The notes under the pieces: generated by a model | Database searches by the model: none | What the model was told of the DNA's origin: nothing | What the model saw: only the letters and a program-made list of their open reading frames with translations | Shown here: positions 46,657 to 55,388 of the stretch, one piece after another | How positions within the stretch are numbered: the first letter of the stretch is position 1 | Layout: the number at the start of each line of letters is the position of its first letter | Source: Candidatus Eiseniibacteriota bacterium | GTDB taxonomy: Bacteria; Eisenbacteria; RBG-16-71-46; JABDJR01 | DNA length: 64,000 nucleotides | Reading direction: 5' to 3' | Assembly: GCA_963762255.1 (NCBI GenBank) | Contig: CAVXKA010000003.1 | Coordinates: 896,001-960,000 of the forward strand | Program-made: the position numbers and the translations under genes

Positions 46657-48525
46657 ATGCCCGGCTCCGCCGAGACTCACCCCTTCCGCGAGATGCTCCG
46701 CACCCACGTCGTCGTGTTCGACGGGGCCATGGGCACCATGCTCTACGGAGCGGGAATCCCCTACTCCCAGTGTTTCGACGCTCTCAACCTCTCCCGCCCC
46801 GATCTCGTGCGCGGTATCCACGAGGCCTACCTGCGGGCAGGTGCCGAGATCCTGGAGACGAACACCTTCGGCGCCAACCGGTTTCGGTTAGGGGAGGCCA
46901 ACGAGTTCGCCCGGCTGCGTGCGATCAACCACGCCGGAGTACGTCTGGCCAAGGAGGCGGCGGCCGGAAAGGCACTGGTCGCCGGGTCGATCGGACCGCT
47001 TGGCAAGCACCTGGCTCCCATCGGGAGCCTGACCGCGGCTGAGGCCGAGTCCGCCTACCGCGAGCAAGCCGACGCCCTGGCCGAGGCCGGGGCGGATCTC
47101 CTGGTCCTGGAGACCATGACCAACCTGGAGGAGATGCTGGTCGCGGTGCGCGCCGCGCGCCGCACGCCCCTCCCGGTCGTGGCCCTCATGACCTTCAACG
47201 AAGAGGGCAAGACGCTGGTCGGCAACAAGCCGCAAGAGGTGGCGCGCGCGCTCTGTGCCGAGGGCGTGAGCGCGATCGGCGCCAACTGCAGCGTGGGCCC
47301 TCAGGGGATCCTCGAGGTGCTCGAGAAGCTCGTGCCCGCTTCCAGCGTTCCCGTCGTCGCGATGCCCAACGCGGGACTCCCGAGCCTCATGGGCGGGCGC
47401 TACGTCTATCTCTCGTCCCCCGAGTACATCGGCGAATTCGCCCGGAGAGCGGTGGAGCTGGGCGTGGCCGCGGTGGGGGGCTGCTGCGGAACCACCCCGG
47501 AGCACATCGCGGCGATGGCGGCGGCCGTGAAGGGGCTCAAGCCCCGCACGCATGCCGGCGGGCCCGGTGTGCTCATGCGCGAGGCCACCGTGCCGCGTGC
47601 CGCCGCGTCCCCGGCAGGCCCGTCGATGCCCGCCTCGGAGCGCAAGCCCGGCTTCTACGAAATGCTCGGCACGCGGTTCGCCATCTCGGTCGAGATCGAC
47701 CCGCCGCGCGGGCTTCAAGTCGAGCGATTCGTGGCGAGCGCGGTCTATCTGAAGGGGAAGGGCGCCGACGCGATCAACGTGGCCGATAGTCCTCTGGCGC
47801 GGCCGCGCATGAGCCCCACCGCGTTCTGCCACATCATCCAGCGCGACGCGGGCATCGAGACGATCCTCCACGTCTCCTGCCGCGATCGCAACGTGATCGC
47901 CACGCAGTCGGAGCTGATGGGGGCGCACGCGCTCGGCATCCGCAACGTCATCGCGGTGACCGGCGATCCGGTTCAGGTGGGGGGCTACGTCGGCGCCAGC
48001 GACGTATTCGACCTCGACTCGGTGTCGCTCACCCGCATGATCTCGCAGCTCAATCGCGGACAGGACCTGACCGGGATGGCGGTGGACGAGCCGACGCAGT
48101 TCCGCGTCTGCGTGGCCGCGAACCCGACCGCGGTGGACCTGGACGTGGAGATCGAGAAGCTCCGTCGCAAGATCGGGAGCGGCGCGCACTTCATCTTCAC
48201 CCAGCCGGTCTACGACGCGAGCGACCTTTCGAGATTTCTCGATCGCTTTGGACCGCTGCCGATCCCGCTATGCGTGGGCATCCTGCCGCTGCGCAGCGCC
48301 CGCCACGCCGAATTCATCCACAACGAGGTGCCGGGGATGTCGGTGCCGGAGCGCATCCGCGAGCGCATGCTCCGCGCGGGCGAGCGCGGGCTCGAGGAAG
48401 GCACCGCCATCGCGATCGAGATCCTGCGCGATGCGCGCCCGCTGTGCAGCGGCGCCTACCTCATGCCGCCCTTCAACCGGTTCGAGATGGCGGGAGGGAT
48501 CCTCGAGGCGTTCGCGGACCGCTAG
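46657..48525 (+). CDS. yitJ: Bifunctional homocysteine S-methyltransferase / methylenetetrahydrofolate reductase
   Basis: 'FDGAMGT', 'ETNTFGAN', 'GANCSVGP', 'GGCCGTTP'; MTHFR half 'VEIDPP', 'H.SCRDRN', 'TGDP', 'FTQPVY'. Confidence 0.93.
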   Translation: MPGSAETHPFREMLRTHVVVFDGAMGTMLYGAGIPYSQCFDALNLSRPDLVRGIHEAYLRAGAEILETNTFGANRFRLGEANEFARLRAINHAGVRLAKEAAAGKALVAGSIGPLGKHLAPIGSLTAAEAESAYREQADALAEAGADLLVLETMTNLEEMLVAVRAARRTPLPVVALMTFNEEGKTLVGNKPQEVARALCAEGVSAIGANCSVGPQGILEVLEKLVPASSVPVVAMPNAGLPSLMGGRYVYLSSPEYIGEFARRAVELGVAAVGGCCGTTPEHIAAMAAAVKGLKPRTHAGGPGVLMREATVPRAAASPAGPSMPASERKPGFYEMLGTRFAISVEIDPPRGLQVERFVASAVYLKGKGADAINVADSPLARPRMSPTAFCHIIQRDAGIETILHVSCRDRNVIATQSELMGAHALGIRNVIAVTGDPVQVGGYVGASDVFDLDSVSLTRMISQLNRGQDLTGMAVDEPTQFRVCVAANPTAVDLDVEIEKLRRKIGSGAHFIFTQPVYDASDLSRFLDRFGPLPIPLCVGILPLRSARHAEFIHNEVPGMSVPERIRERMLRAGERGLEEGTAIAIEILRDARPLCSGAYLMPPFNRFEMAGGILEAFADR

Positions 48526-49634
48526 CGCCTCCGTCCGCGCGGGTACATCGAGTCCTGTACTCCCACCCACGTGCGCTTCAAGTGCGCCATCGCCGCGATG
48601 CGCCGCTCGGCGAGTTGGTTCGCTGCCACCGACGTGGGGATGTTCTCCTTCTTGGCGATCTCGAAGACCTCGGTGAGGATCGGATCGATCTGCTCTACCT
48701 GCACCTTGGCGCGATCCTGGTTGTACCCCTCGAGCTCGTTGGCCACGTTGATGAGCCCGCCGGCGTTGATCACGAAGTCGGGGGCGTAGAGGATCCCCTT
48801 CTCCTTCACCAGCCGGCCGTGCTTTTCCTCGACTTCGAGCTGGTTGTTGGCCGCGCCGGCGATGATCTTGAACTTGAAGCGATCGAGGGTGTCGTCGGTC
48901 ACCACCTTGCCCAGCGCGCAGGGCGCGAAGATGTCCGCCTTCACATCGTAGATCGCGTCCGGGGCGACCGCCTCGGCGTGGAACTCGTCCACCACGCGGC
49001 GCACCCGTTCCTCGTCGATGTCGGTCACGTAGAGCTTCACGCCTTCATCGTGGAGGTACTTGGCGAGGTACTGCCCGGTGTGGCCGAGGCCCTGGATGGC
49101 CACCTTGAATCCCGAGAGATCGTCGGTGCCGTGCACCCACTTGGTGCAGGCTTTGATCCCATGGTACACACCCCACGAGGTCATCGGCGAGGGATCGCCG
49201 CTTCCACCCAGCGCACGGGCGACGCCGGTGACGTACGGCGTTTCCTGCCGCACCCACTCCATGTCGGTCACGCTTGTCCCCACGTCCTCCGCGGTGATGT
49301 AGCGCCCGCCCAGGCCGTGCACGAAGCGACCGAGGGATCGGAAGAGCGCCTCGCTCTTCTGGGTCCGGGAGTCCCCGATGATGACGGCCTTGCCGCCGCC
49401 CAGGTTCAACCCCGCCGCCGCCGCCTTGTAGGTCATGCCGCGGGAGAGACGGAGCACGTCCTCGAGAGCCTCCGCCTCGTTGGCGAAGGTCCACATGCGG
49501 CAACCACCCAGCGCGGGGCCGAGCACGGTGTTGTGGATCGCGATGATGGCCTTGAGTCCGGTGGTCTTGTCGGAACAGAACACCACCTGCTCGTGGTCCC
49601 GTTGACCCATCAGATCGAAGACGCCGGTGGGCAT
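48522..49634 (-). CDS. Leucine (Glu/Leu/Phe/Val) dehydrogenase
   Basis: 'HEQVVFC', 'LGPALGG.R', 'GMTYK', 'LGGGKAVI', 'YITAEDVG', 'GAANNQL', 'PDFVINAGG'. Confidence 0.95.
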   Translation of the reverse strand: MPTGVFDLMGQRDHEQVVFCSDKTTGLKAIIAIHNTVLGPALGGCRMWTFANEAEALEDVLRLSRGMTYKAAAAGLNLGGGKAVIIGDSRTQKSEALFRSLGRFVHGLGGRYITAEDVGTSVTDMEWVRQETPYVTGVARALGGSGDPSPMTSWGVYHGIKACTKWVHGTDDLSGFKVAIQGLGHTGQYLAKYLHDEGVKLYVTDIDEERVRRVVDEFHAEAVAPDAIYDVKADIFAPCALGKVVTDDTLDRFKFKIIAGAANNQLEVEEKHGRLVKEKGILYAPDFVINAGGLINVANELEGYNQDRAKVQVEQIDPILTEVFEIAKKENIPTSVAANQLAERRIAAMAHLKRTWVGVQDSMYPRGRRR

Positions 49635-49722
49635 GAAGGCCTCCTTCTCGAGGTTGAGATGCAAGAGCGCTGTCGGCACGGGGGGCGGGAGGAGTACCGG
49701 GGTGGCGCGCACTGGAGCGAAC

Positions 49723-49752
49723 AGGATAGTGAGCCGCGCCGAGGAGTGTCAA
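49723..49752 (-). promoter_or_regulatory. sigma70 promoter of the Leu dehydrogenase gene
   Basis: TTGACA-N18-TATCCT. Confidence 0.65.
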
Positions 49753-49827
49753 CGCGCACGGCCTTGTCCGGGCCCGGGCTCGGTGCTACCGTGAACGCGC
49801 TTCTCCACTATCCTGGGAGGATTCCCG

Positions 49828-51273
49828 TTGAGTCATGCGCGCCCGATCCGCGAACCGGCGGTGGCGGGTACGTTCTACCCGAGCGATGCCGGGCAACTGA
49901 CCGCACTGGTGGACGGCCTTCTGCGGGATGCCACGTGCGGACTCGAGCCCGACCGCGATCTCAAGGCCCTCGCCTGCCCTCACGCGGGGTACGCGTACTC
50001 GGGGCAGGTGGCCGCGGAAGCGTTTGCGTGCCTGCGCGGGCGGTCCTTCACGACCGCGGTGTTGGTCGGCCCGGATCACTACATCGGCTTCGAGGGCATC
50101 GCGGTCTATCCCGCCGGCGCGTTTCGCACGCCGCTCGGCGATGCGACGGTGGATGAGGAGCTGGCCGATCTCTTCCTGGAGGCGGGCGAAGGCGTGACGG
50201 CGGCCCCCGAGGCCCATCGACGCGAGCACTCTCTCGAGGTGCTGATCCCCTTCCTGCAGCGCGTGCTCCCCGAAGTGCGCATCGTCCCGGTGTTGATGGG
50301 CTTTCGTTCGCGCAGCAACGTCGAGGTGCTGGCGAATCTTCTCTCGCGCGCGCTCGACAACCCCAAGGTTCTGCTCATCGCCTCGACGGATCTCTCGCAC
50401 TACCATCCGCGCGACGTGGCCAAGAAGCTCGACTCGCGGGTCACCGAGCACGTGCGCGCCTTCGCGCCGACTTCGCTCTGGGAAGATCTGCACGAGGGGC
50501 GGGCGGAGGCCTGCGGAGGCGATTCGCTGGTTGCGGTGATGCTGGGAGCGGGGATCGCAGGCGCCGAGGCCTCGCGGGTGCTCTCCTACAGGGACAGCGG
50601 AGACGCGAGCGGTGAAACGAAGAGCGTGGTGGGCTACCTTTCCGCCGCCTTCTACCGCGGCATGCCGCCGCAGAAGATGGAGTTCATGGCCTACGAGCGG
50701 GAGTTGATGCCCTCCGAGGCCGACTCGCTGCTGCGTCTGGCCTACGAGTCCGCGCGCACCTCGGCGCTCTCACCCTACCCGGTGCTGGAGTTGCGGCACA
50801 TCACCGACACGCTTCGCGCGCCCGGGCGGGCGTTCGTGACCCTGCGGCACGGGCATGATCTGCGCGGCTGCATCGGCACGGTGCGCGCCGATCGACCTCT
50901 ATGGGAAACGGTCGCGCGGGCGGCGCGCGCTGCCGCGAACGAGGATCCGCGCTTCGATCCGGTCGAAGCCGACGAGATGGACGATCTCACCATCGAGGTG
51001 AGCGTGCTCGGCGCGCCCCGCGAGGTGGAGGATCCCGACGAAGTGGTGGCCGGCCGCCACGGCGTCATCATCAGCGAAGGTCGCCACTTCGGGCTGCTCC
51101 TGCCGCAGCTCGCCGACGAATACGGATGGGACCGCGAGACGCTCCTGAGTCAGGCCTGTGTCAAGGCCGGGCTCGCGCCCGACGCCTGGAAGACGGGTGC
51201 GCGCGTCAGCGTGTTCGAGGCTCAGGTCTTTCAAGCGGGGCCCGGGAAGCCGGCCATGAACGGGGGCACATGA
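49828..51273 (+). CDS. amrB: AmmeMemoRadiSam protein B (MEMO1-like) fused to protein A (AMMECR1)
   Basis: 'R.PAVAG.FYP', 'PHAGY.YSG', 'EHSLEV', 'STDLSHY', 'ACG'; then 'FVTL', 'LRGCIG', 'DPRF', 'EVSVL', 'LLPQ', 'KAGL'. Confidence 0.92.
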   Translation: MSHARPIREPAVAGTFYPSDAGQLTALVDGLLRDATCGLEPDRDLKALACPHAGYAYSGQVAAEAFACLRGRSFTTAVLVGPDHYIGFEGIAVYPAGAFRTPLGDATVDEELADLFLEAGEGVTAAPEAHRREHSLEVLIPFLQRVLPEVRIVPVLMGFRSRSNVEVLANLLSRALDNPKVLLIASTDLSHYHPRDVAKKLDSRVTEHVRAFAPTSLWEDLHEGRAEACGGDSLVAVMLGAGIAGAEASRVLSYRDSGDASGETKSVVGYLSAAFYRGMPPQKMEFMAYERELMPSEADSLLRLAYESARTSALSPYPVLELRHITDTLRAPGRAFVTLRHGHDLRGCIGTVRADRPLWETVARAARAAANEDPRFDPVEADEMDDLTIEVSVLGAPREVEDPDEVVAGRHGVIISEGRHFGLLLPQLADEYGWDRETLLSQACVKAGLAPDAWKTGARVSVFEAQVFQAGPGKPAMNGGT

Positions 51274-51812
51274 ACCTGCTCGACATTGCGCTCATCGCCA
51301 TCGTTTTGTTCTCGATCGGGGCCGGGGTGTGGAAGGGGCTCGTGCGCGAGATCCTGAACATCGTGGGCGTCTTGGCCGCGATCCTTCTCTCGCTCATGCT
51401 GGCCTCGTCTCTGGCCCCTCGTATGAGTTCGATCCTTCCCTACGGCACGAGCGGCTACGCGGAGTCGTTGATCGTGATCTTCGTGGTGACGCTGATCGCG
51501 GCGACCCTGATCGCGCACCTGCTCACCAAAGTGATCGAGGCGGTGAAGCTGGGCGGCGTGAATCGGGCGCTGGGGGGCGTCTTCGGGCTGGTTCGTGGCG
51601 TACTGATCGGGCTCTTCCTCGTGCTCGGCCTCGCGCTGTTCTTACCCTCTGGATCTTCGGTGCTGGCCGAGTCGAAGCTCACCCCGTTCCTGGGGCTGGG
51701 GGCTCGGGCGTTGGCCCCTCTTCTGCCCGATCAATCGGAAGACCTGCTCCTTCGGCGTCTGGATGCGCTCCCGCGTCCGGGCCAACCGGCGCCGCCGTCC
51801 GACTCCGTATAG
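51270..51812 (+). CDS. cvpA: CvpA family protein
   Basis: 'MNLLDI', 'G.WKGLVRE', 'NRALGGVFGLVRG', 'SKL.P'; ATGA overlap. Confidence 0.9.
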   Translation: MNLLDIALIAIVLFSIGAGVWKGLVREILNIVGVLAAILLSLMLASSLAPRMSSILPYGTSGYAESLIVIFVVTLIAATLIAHLLTKVIEAVKLGGVNRALGGVFGLVRGVLIGLFLVLGLALFLPSGSSVLAESKLTPFLGLGARALAPLLPDQSEDLLLRRLDALPRPGQPAPPSDSV

Positions 51813-52758
51813 GCGAGCGGCGTCCGGCGAACACCGCGGGGCGTCCCATGCGCCGCAGCGTTGCATCCACCCGCTCCGGTCTCCCCCAATCGCTCCACTC
51901 CACGTCGCGGAGCGGCAACACGAGAAGGCGGTCGAGCACGCGCGCGAGAACGTCCTGGGAGAAGTCGCGACGAGGCGCGGTCTCGTAGAGCGCCGTGACC
52001 GCGCGCGCGAGGCGCGGGGCGAGTTCGTGGCCGGGGGTGAGCAGGCGGTGAAATGCTTCGAAACGCGCCATCTCACTGCCCAAGGTCGTGTGCCCGACAT
52101 CCCACAGCGTGCGGGCCTTGCCGACTACGATGAAGGTGCTCCAGAGGCAGCCCTGCCGGAAGAGGCGGCTCGCGACCACGAGCGGAGGCTTCTCGTGGAA
52201 GGCCTTCACGCGCGAGGGAAGCCCGGCGCGCCAGGTACGTTCCCAGGCCGCGGGTTGACCCTCGGGTTCGATCCAGCCGAAATCCGTCTCGGGCCCGCGC
52301 GCGTCGACGCCGAGCAGGATGACGCGGTCCGGATAGTGGCGGATCAGGTCGGTCGCGCGAGTGACCGCGGCCACGAACGCGCCTTCCGGACGGATGAAGT
52401 GATCGGAGGGGAGAAGGAGCACGTCGGCGTCGGGATCCAGGGTCAGGATGGCGGCCAGGGAGAAGTAGACCGCGAAGGCCGTGCCGCGGTCGTAGGGTTG
52501 CTCCAGAATCCGGCCGCGCAACGCGCCCGGGTCCGAGATGAACGCGCGATGGCCCGGGCTGATCACGATGATGACGCGATCGCCACCGACGACGCTCGCC
52601 GCACGCGCCGTGGTGTGATCGAGCAGCGAGCGCGTGCCGGTGAACGTGCAGTATTGCTTGGGTCGATCCTCGCCGAGCCAGTCGCGGATCGCCGCGCGCA
52701 TGCGCGCGCCTTGCCCGCCGGCCAGGACCACCGCCCACGGGGCCGAACGCGTGGGCAT
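51679..52758 (-). CDS. Mannose-1-phosphate guanylyltransferase-like sugar-phosphate nucleotidyltransferase
   Basis: 'WAVVLAGG.G.R', 'PKQYC', 'QP.DRGTA', 'PSDH', 'FGWIEP', 'F.EKP', 'WSDWG.PERV'; GGAGG RBS. Confidence 0.88.
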   Translation of the reverse strand: MPTRSAPWAVVLAGGQGARMRAAIRDWLGEDRPKQYCTFTGTRSLLDHTTARAASVVGGDRVIIVISPGHRAFISDPGALRGRILEQPYDRGTAFAVYFSLAAILTLDPDADVLLLPSDHFIRPEGAFVAAVTRATDLIRHYPDRVILLGVDARGPETDFGWIEPEGQPAAWERTWRAGLPSRVKAFHEKPPLVVASRLFRQGCLWSTFIVVGKARTLWDVGHTTLGSEMARFEAFHRLLTPGHELAPRLARAVTALYETAPRRDFSQDVLARVLDRLLVLPLRDVEWSDWGRPERVDATLRRMGRPAVFAGRRSPIRSRTAAPVGPDAGAHPDAEGAGLPIDRAEEGPTPEPPAPGTG

Positions 52759-52874
52759 CCGGTAGCCTCCTTCCCCAAGTCCGGGAACGACTCTACACCT
52801 TTGCGCGGCGCACGGGGGAGGGCGATGAGGTGACGATTGCATGGCGGCGGGGCATAGCGGGGCGCGGCGGCGCA

Positions 52875-52906
52875 CGGTGTCGAGGTGTCGCGGTGTCTCG
52901 GTGTCA
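52875..52906. repeat. Tandem 8-bp repeat, 4 copies
   Basis: CGGTGTCG-AGGTGTCG-CGGTGTCT-CGGTGTCA. Confidence 0.8.
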
Positions 52907-52933
52907 CGCCCACCCGGCTCGCCCACGCCCGCG

Positions 52934-53017
52934 GCTTCGCGTGCGCCCGTCGTCCTCGCCGACGGGTCCCCCGCTTCGCGGCCCGTCGGACTGCGGTCGA
53001 CGGGCGTCACGCTACGC
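52934..53017 (-). repeat. REP-like GTAG-led nested hairpin, left copy
   Basis: Minus strand GCGTAG-CGTGACGCCCGTCG...CCGCGAAGCGG...CGACGGGCGCACG; core matches the right copy at 56/61 nt. Confidence 0.85.
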
Positions 53018-54243
53018 CGCGGAGGTGCCACCCGGGTGAGCATCGATCCCGGAACCCCGCCGCAGCGGCCACGCATCAACCGCGTTGCTGCGCTCGTGGA
53101 TCATCCGGTGACAGGCAGCGCACAGGGTGATGAGGTTGTCGGGATCGTTCGTGCCACCGTGTTCGCGCGGCACGATGTGGTGCACGTCCAGGAAATGCGC
53201 GCCCCCGCACCCGGCGGTGCGACACCGATGACCGTCACGTGCGAGCACCTCTCGCCGCACCGACGGAGGGATGGTCGCGCGGTTAGTTTGACCCTTTCGG
53301 TGTACGCGCGCATCGCAGAGCGCGGTCTCCAACGTCCTGGGCGCGATGGGCATCGCCCCCCGCCCCGTCGCGATCTCAGCTCGACCGCAGGTCTCACATT
53401 GGCGAATGACGATCTGGTAGCGGGGCGCGGATGACACGGGAGTCGCATTCGCCGCCGGTATGTTGCCCCGGGTGATCACGTCCGGGTTCCGCCCGCTCCG
53501 CGCGCGGGCGGTGCACTGCCGAAGTTGCCCCGGGTGAGCATTTCCCGCGCGGCAAGGAACAACTCTTCGCGAGATCCACGCGCACCGGTCTTGCGCGCTT
53601 GCTCCAGGATCGCTTCATACCGCGCGTACTGCTCCGGCGAAAGTTGGAACGATACCGTGACCGGGACTTCCGTCACCGGGCTCACGACTGCGCCGTCCAC
53701 CGCATCATAGGTTCCGGCCGCCTGCCCATTCGCCGCCAGCAGTTCCCCTTGCCCTGGTGCCCGCCGCCGGGAACGCGCCGCCCCCTGCGTCGCCGCCACC
53801 CGCTGCTCCAGCTCGCGCCGTCCGGTGGTCCGAGCCTGCTCGACCCAGAACGACTCCGTCTCCGGCGTGGCCACCTTCACGACCTCCCGGGCCTTCGTCC
53901 ACGGCACCGTTCCGGTAGCGACCGACTCCTTCAACGCCGGCAGTGCTTCGAAGGACCGACACAGTCGCAGGAAGTACGCGGTCCTCGCCCGAGAGAACCC
54001 CAGTCTCTCTCGCGCATAGTGGTGGATGCTCGAGCACCCGAACTCCAAGTAGAGCTTGCGGGCGAGGATCTCTCCGAACCAGATCACCGCGTTCTTGCGC
54101 GAAGCGTCCAGGTCGCCTAACGCGGCGACCAAGCGCACTTCGACCTCGACGGCGGGGAGCGCAGCCGTGCTCACCCGGGTGAGCACGGCCCCCTCAAGCA
54201 ACACGGCGGTGTCAGTGTGAAGTGCAGTGGTTTCAGCGGACAT
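53012..54243 (-). pseudogene. DUF222-like + HNH endonuclease, split into two frames (53476-54243 and 53012-53479)
   Basis: N-terminal part 'LY...GCSSI..YA.ERLG.S...L..LP.L......G.V.WTKA'; C-terminal part 'R.TIPP..RR.VL.RD..RC...GC.....DVHHI.P...GG.N...NL.TLC..CH...H'. The frames meet at a GTGA overlap. Confidence 0.85.
54164..54189. repeat. Perfect 26-bp palindrome inside the HNH gene
   Basis: GCCGTGCTCACCC|GGGTGAGCACGGC; related motifs at 53026-53042, 53462-53478 and 53524-53540. Confidence 0.9.
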
Positions 54244-54296
54244 GACGGTCCCTCCGTGGACGGGTGGAAGGACGGGGGAAGTGGGCGGGCACGAAG

Positions 54297-54325
54297 AATC
54301 TATCGCGACTATACGGATATGTCAA
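54297..54325 (-). promoter_or_regulatory. Near-consensus sigma70 promoter of the HNH gene
   Basis: TTGACA-N17-TAGATT with an AT-rich upstream tract. Confidence 0.8.
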
Positions 54326-54378
54326 CAATAAAATGACGTATTCGTTGAAAAACTTGTAGACGGATGCGCATGCGCTGC

Positions 54379-54463
54379 GCGTAGCGGGTTGCCCGTCGGC
54401 CGCAGTCCGAATGGCCGCGAAGCGGGGGCCCCTTCGGCGAGGACGACGGGCAACCCGCGCAGC
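54379..54463 (+). repeat. REP-like GTAG-led nested hairpin, right copy
   Basis: GCGTAG-CGGGTTGCCCGTCG...CCGCGAAGCGG...CGACGGGCAACCCG with a perfect 14-bp outer stem. Confidence 0.85.
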
Positions 54464-54481
54464 AACGCACATGCGAGCGCG

Positions 54482-55357
54482 TCACGCCAGCGGCCACACT
54501 CCTCGGAACACTTCCCGCGCGGGGCCGCGCATCACCAAACCGCCCGGTTCCTCGCGGCGCATCCACACCTCGCCGCCCGGCATGCGCACAATCACCTCGC
54601 CCTGTACCTCGCCGAGCCGCAGCGCCACCGCATAGGCAGCGACAGCGCCGCTGCCGCACGCGAGCGTCAGCCCCGCCCCGCGCTCCCACGTGCGCATGAC
54701 CAGCGCGTCCTTGCCGGCCGCCGCGACGACATGCACGTTGATGCCGCGCAAGAACCGGGGGTCCTTCTCCAACCGCTGCCCGAACTCCCCGAGCGTGGCG
54801 TTCCGCACTACGTCCCCGCGCGCGGCCCACAGCACCAGGTGCGGGTTCCCCACGCTCACCGCGAAGCCGGGGAGCTCGATGCTTCCCGCCGGGAAACGAT
54901 CGCCCCAGATTTCCGGGCCCGATCCCTCGGCGGGCAGAGCCTCGCGCCGGAAATCGGGCTCACCCGCCCACACTTCCACCTCGTCCACCCCACCGAGTGC
55001 CCCTCGATGCGGGCGGACCATCCGCTCCCCCACCGCCGTCTCCACCATGAACGTCTCGCCAAGCCCGCGCACCGATTCCGCGGCGTACTTGGCCGCGCAG
55101 CGCAACCCGTTCAAGCAGAGGAGCCCTTCCGAGCCGTCGGCGTTCCACATCCGCATGCGCACCGGAGATCCGTCGCCGGCCTCGAGCAGGATGAGCCCGT
55201 CGCTCCCCACGCCGTAGTGGCGGTCGGAGATCGCGCGGGAAAGATCGTCGAAGGCGCCCAGCGTGCCGGCGTCCACCGCGTCCGGGGTGAGCCCGGCGTC
55301 GACGAAGACATAGTCGTTGCCGCACCCTTCCATCTTCACGAACGGGATTCGTTTCAT
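54482..55357 (-). CDS. dapF: Diaminopimelate epimerase
   Basis: 'FVKMEGCGNDYV', 'DRHYGVGSDG', 'NADGSE', 'SVGNPH', 'WERGAG.TLACGSGA', 'PGG', 'M.GPA'. Confidence 0.9.
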   Translation of the reverse strand: MKRIPFVKMEGCGNDYVFVDAGLTPDAVDAGTLGAFDDLSRAISDRHYGVGSDGLILLEAGDGSPVRMRMWNADGSEGLLCLNGLRCAAKYAAESVRGLGETFMVETAVGERMVRPHRGALGGVDEVEVWAGEPDFRREALPAEGSGPEIWGDRFPAGSIELPGFAVSVGNPHLVLWAARGDVVRNATLGEFGQRLEKDPRFLRGINVHVVAAAGKDALVMRTWERGAGLTLACGSGAVAAYAVALRLGEVQGEVIVRMPGGEVWMRREEPGGLVMRGPAREVFRGVWPLA

Positions 55358-55388
55358 GTGCATGCTCGCGCTCCGTACTCCACTGGGT

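Larger units (their letters stand above)
52934..54463 (-). mobile_element. Putative HNH-nuclease element bracketed by inverted REP-like hairpins
   Basis: Inverted structured repeats enclose a promoter and a DUF222-like/HNH gene. Mobility is inferred, not shown. Confidence 0.55.

Noticed and set aside
53012-54243. HNH gene as IscB/HEARO or Cas9-like
   Set aside because: No PLMP or split RuvC motifs; the N-terminus is DUF222-like.
52875-54463. Repeats as a CRISPR array or IS terminal inverted repeats
   Set aside because: No regular repeat-spacer period, no cas genes, no DDE/HUH transposase, and no target-site duplication seen.
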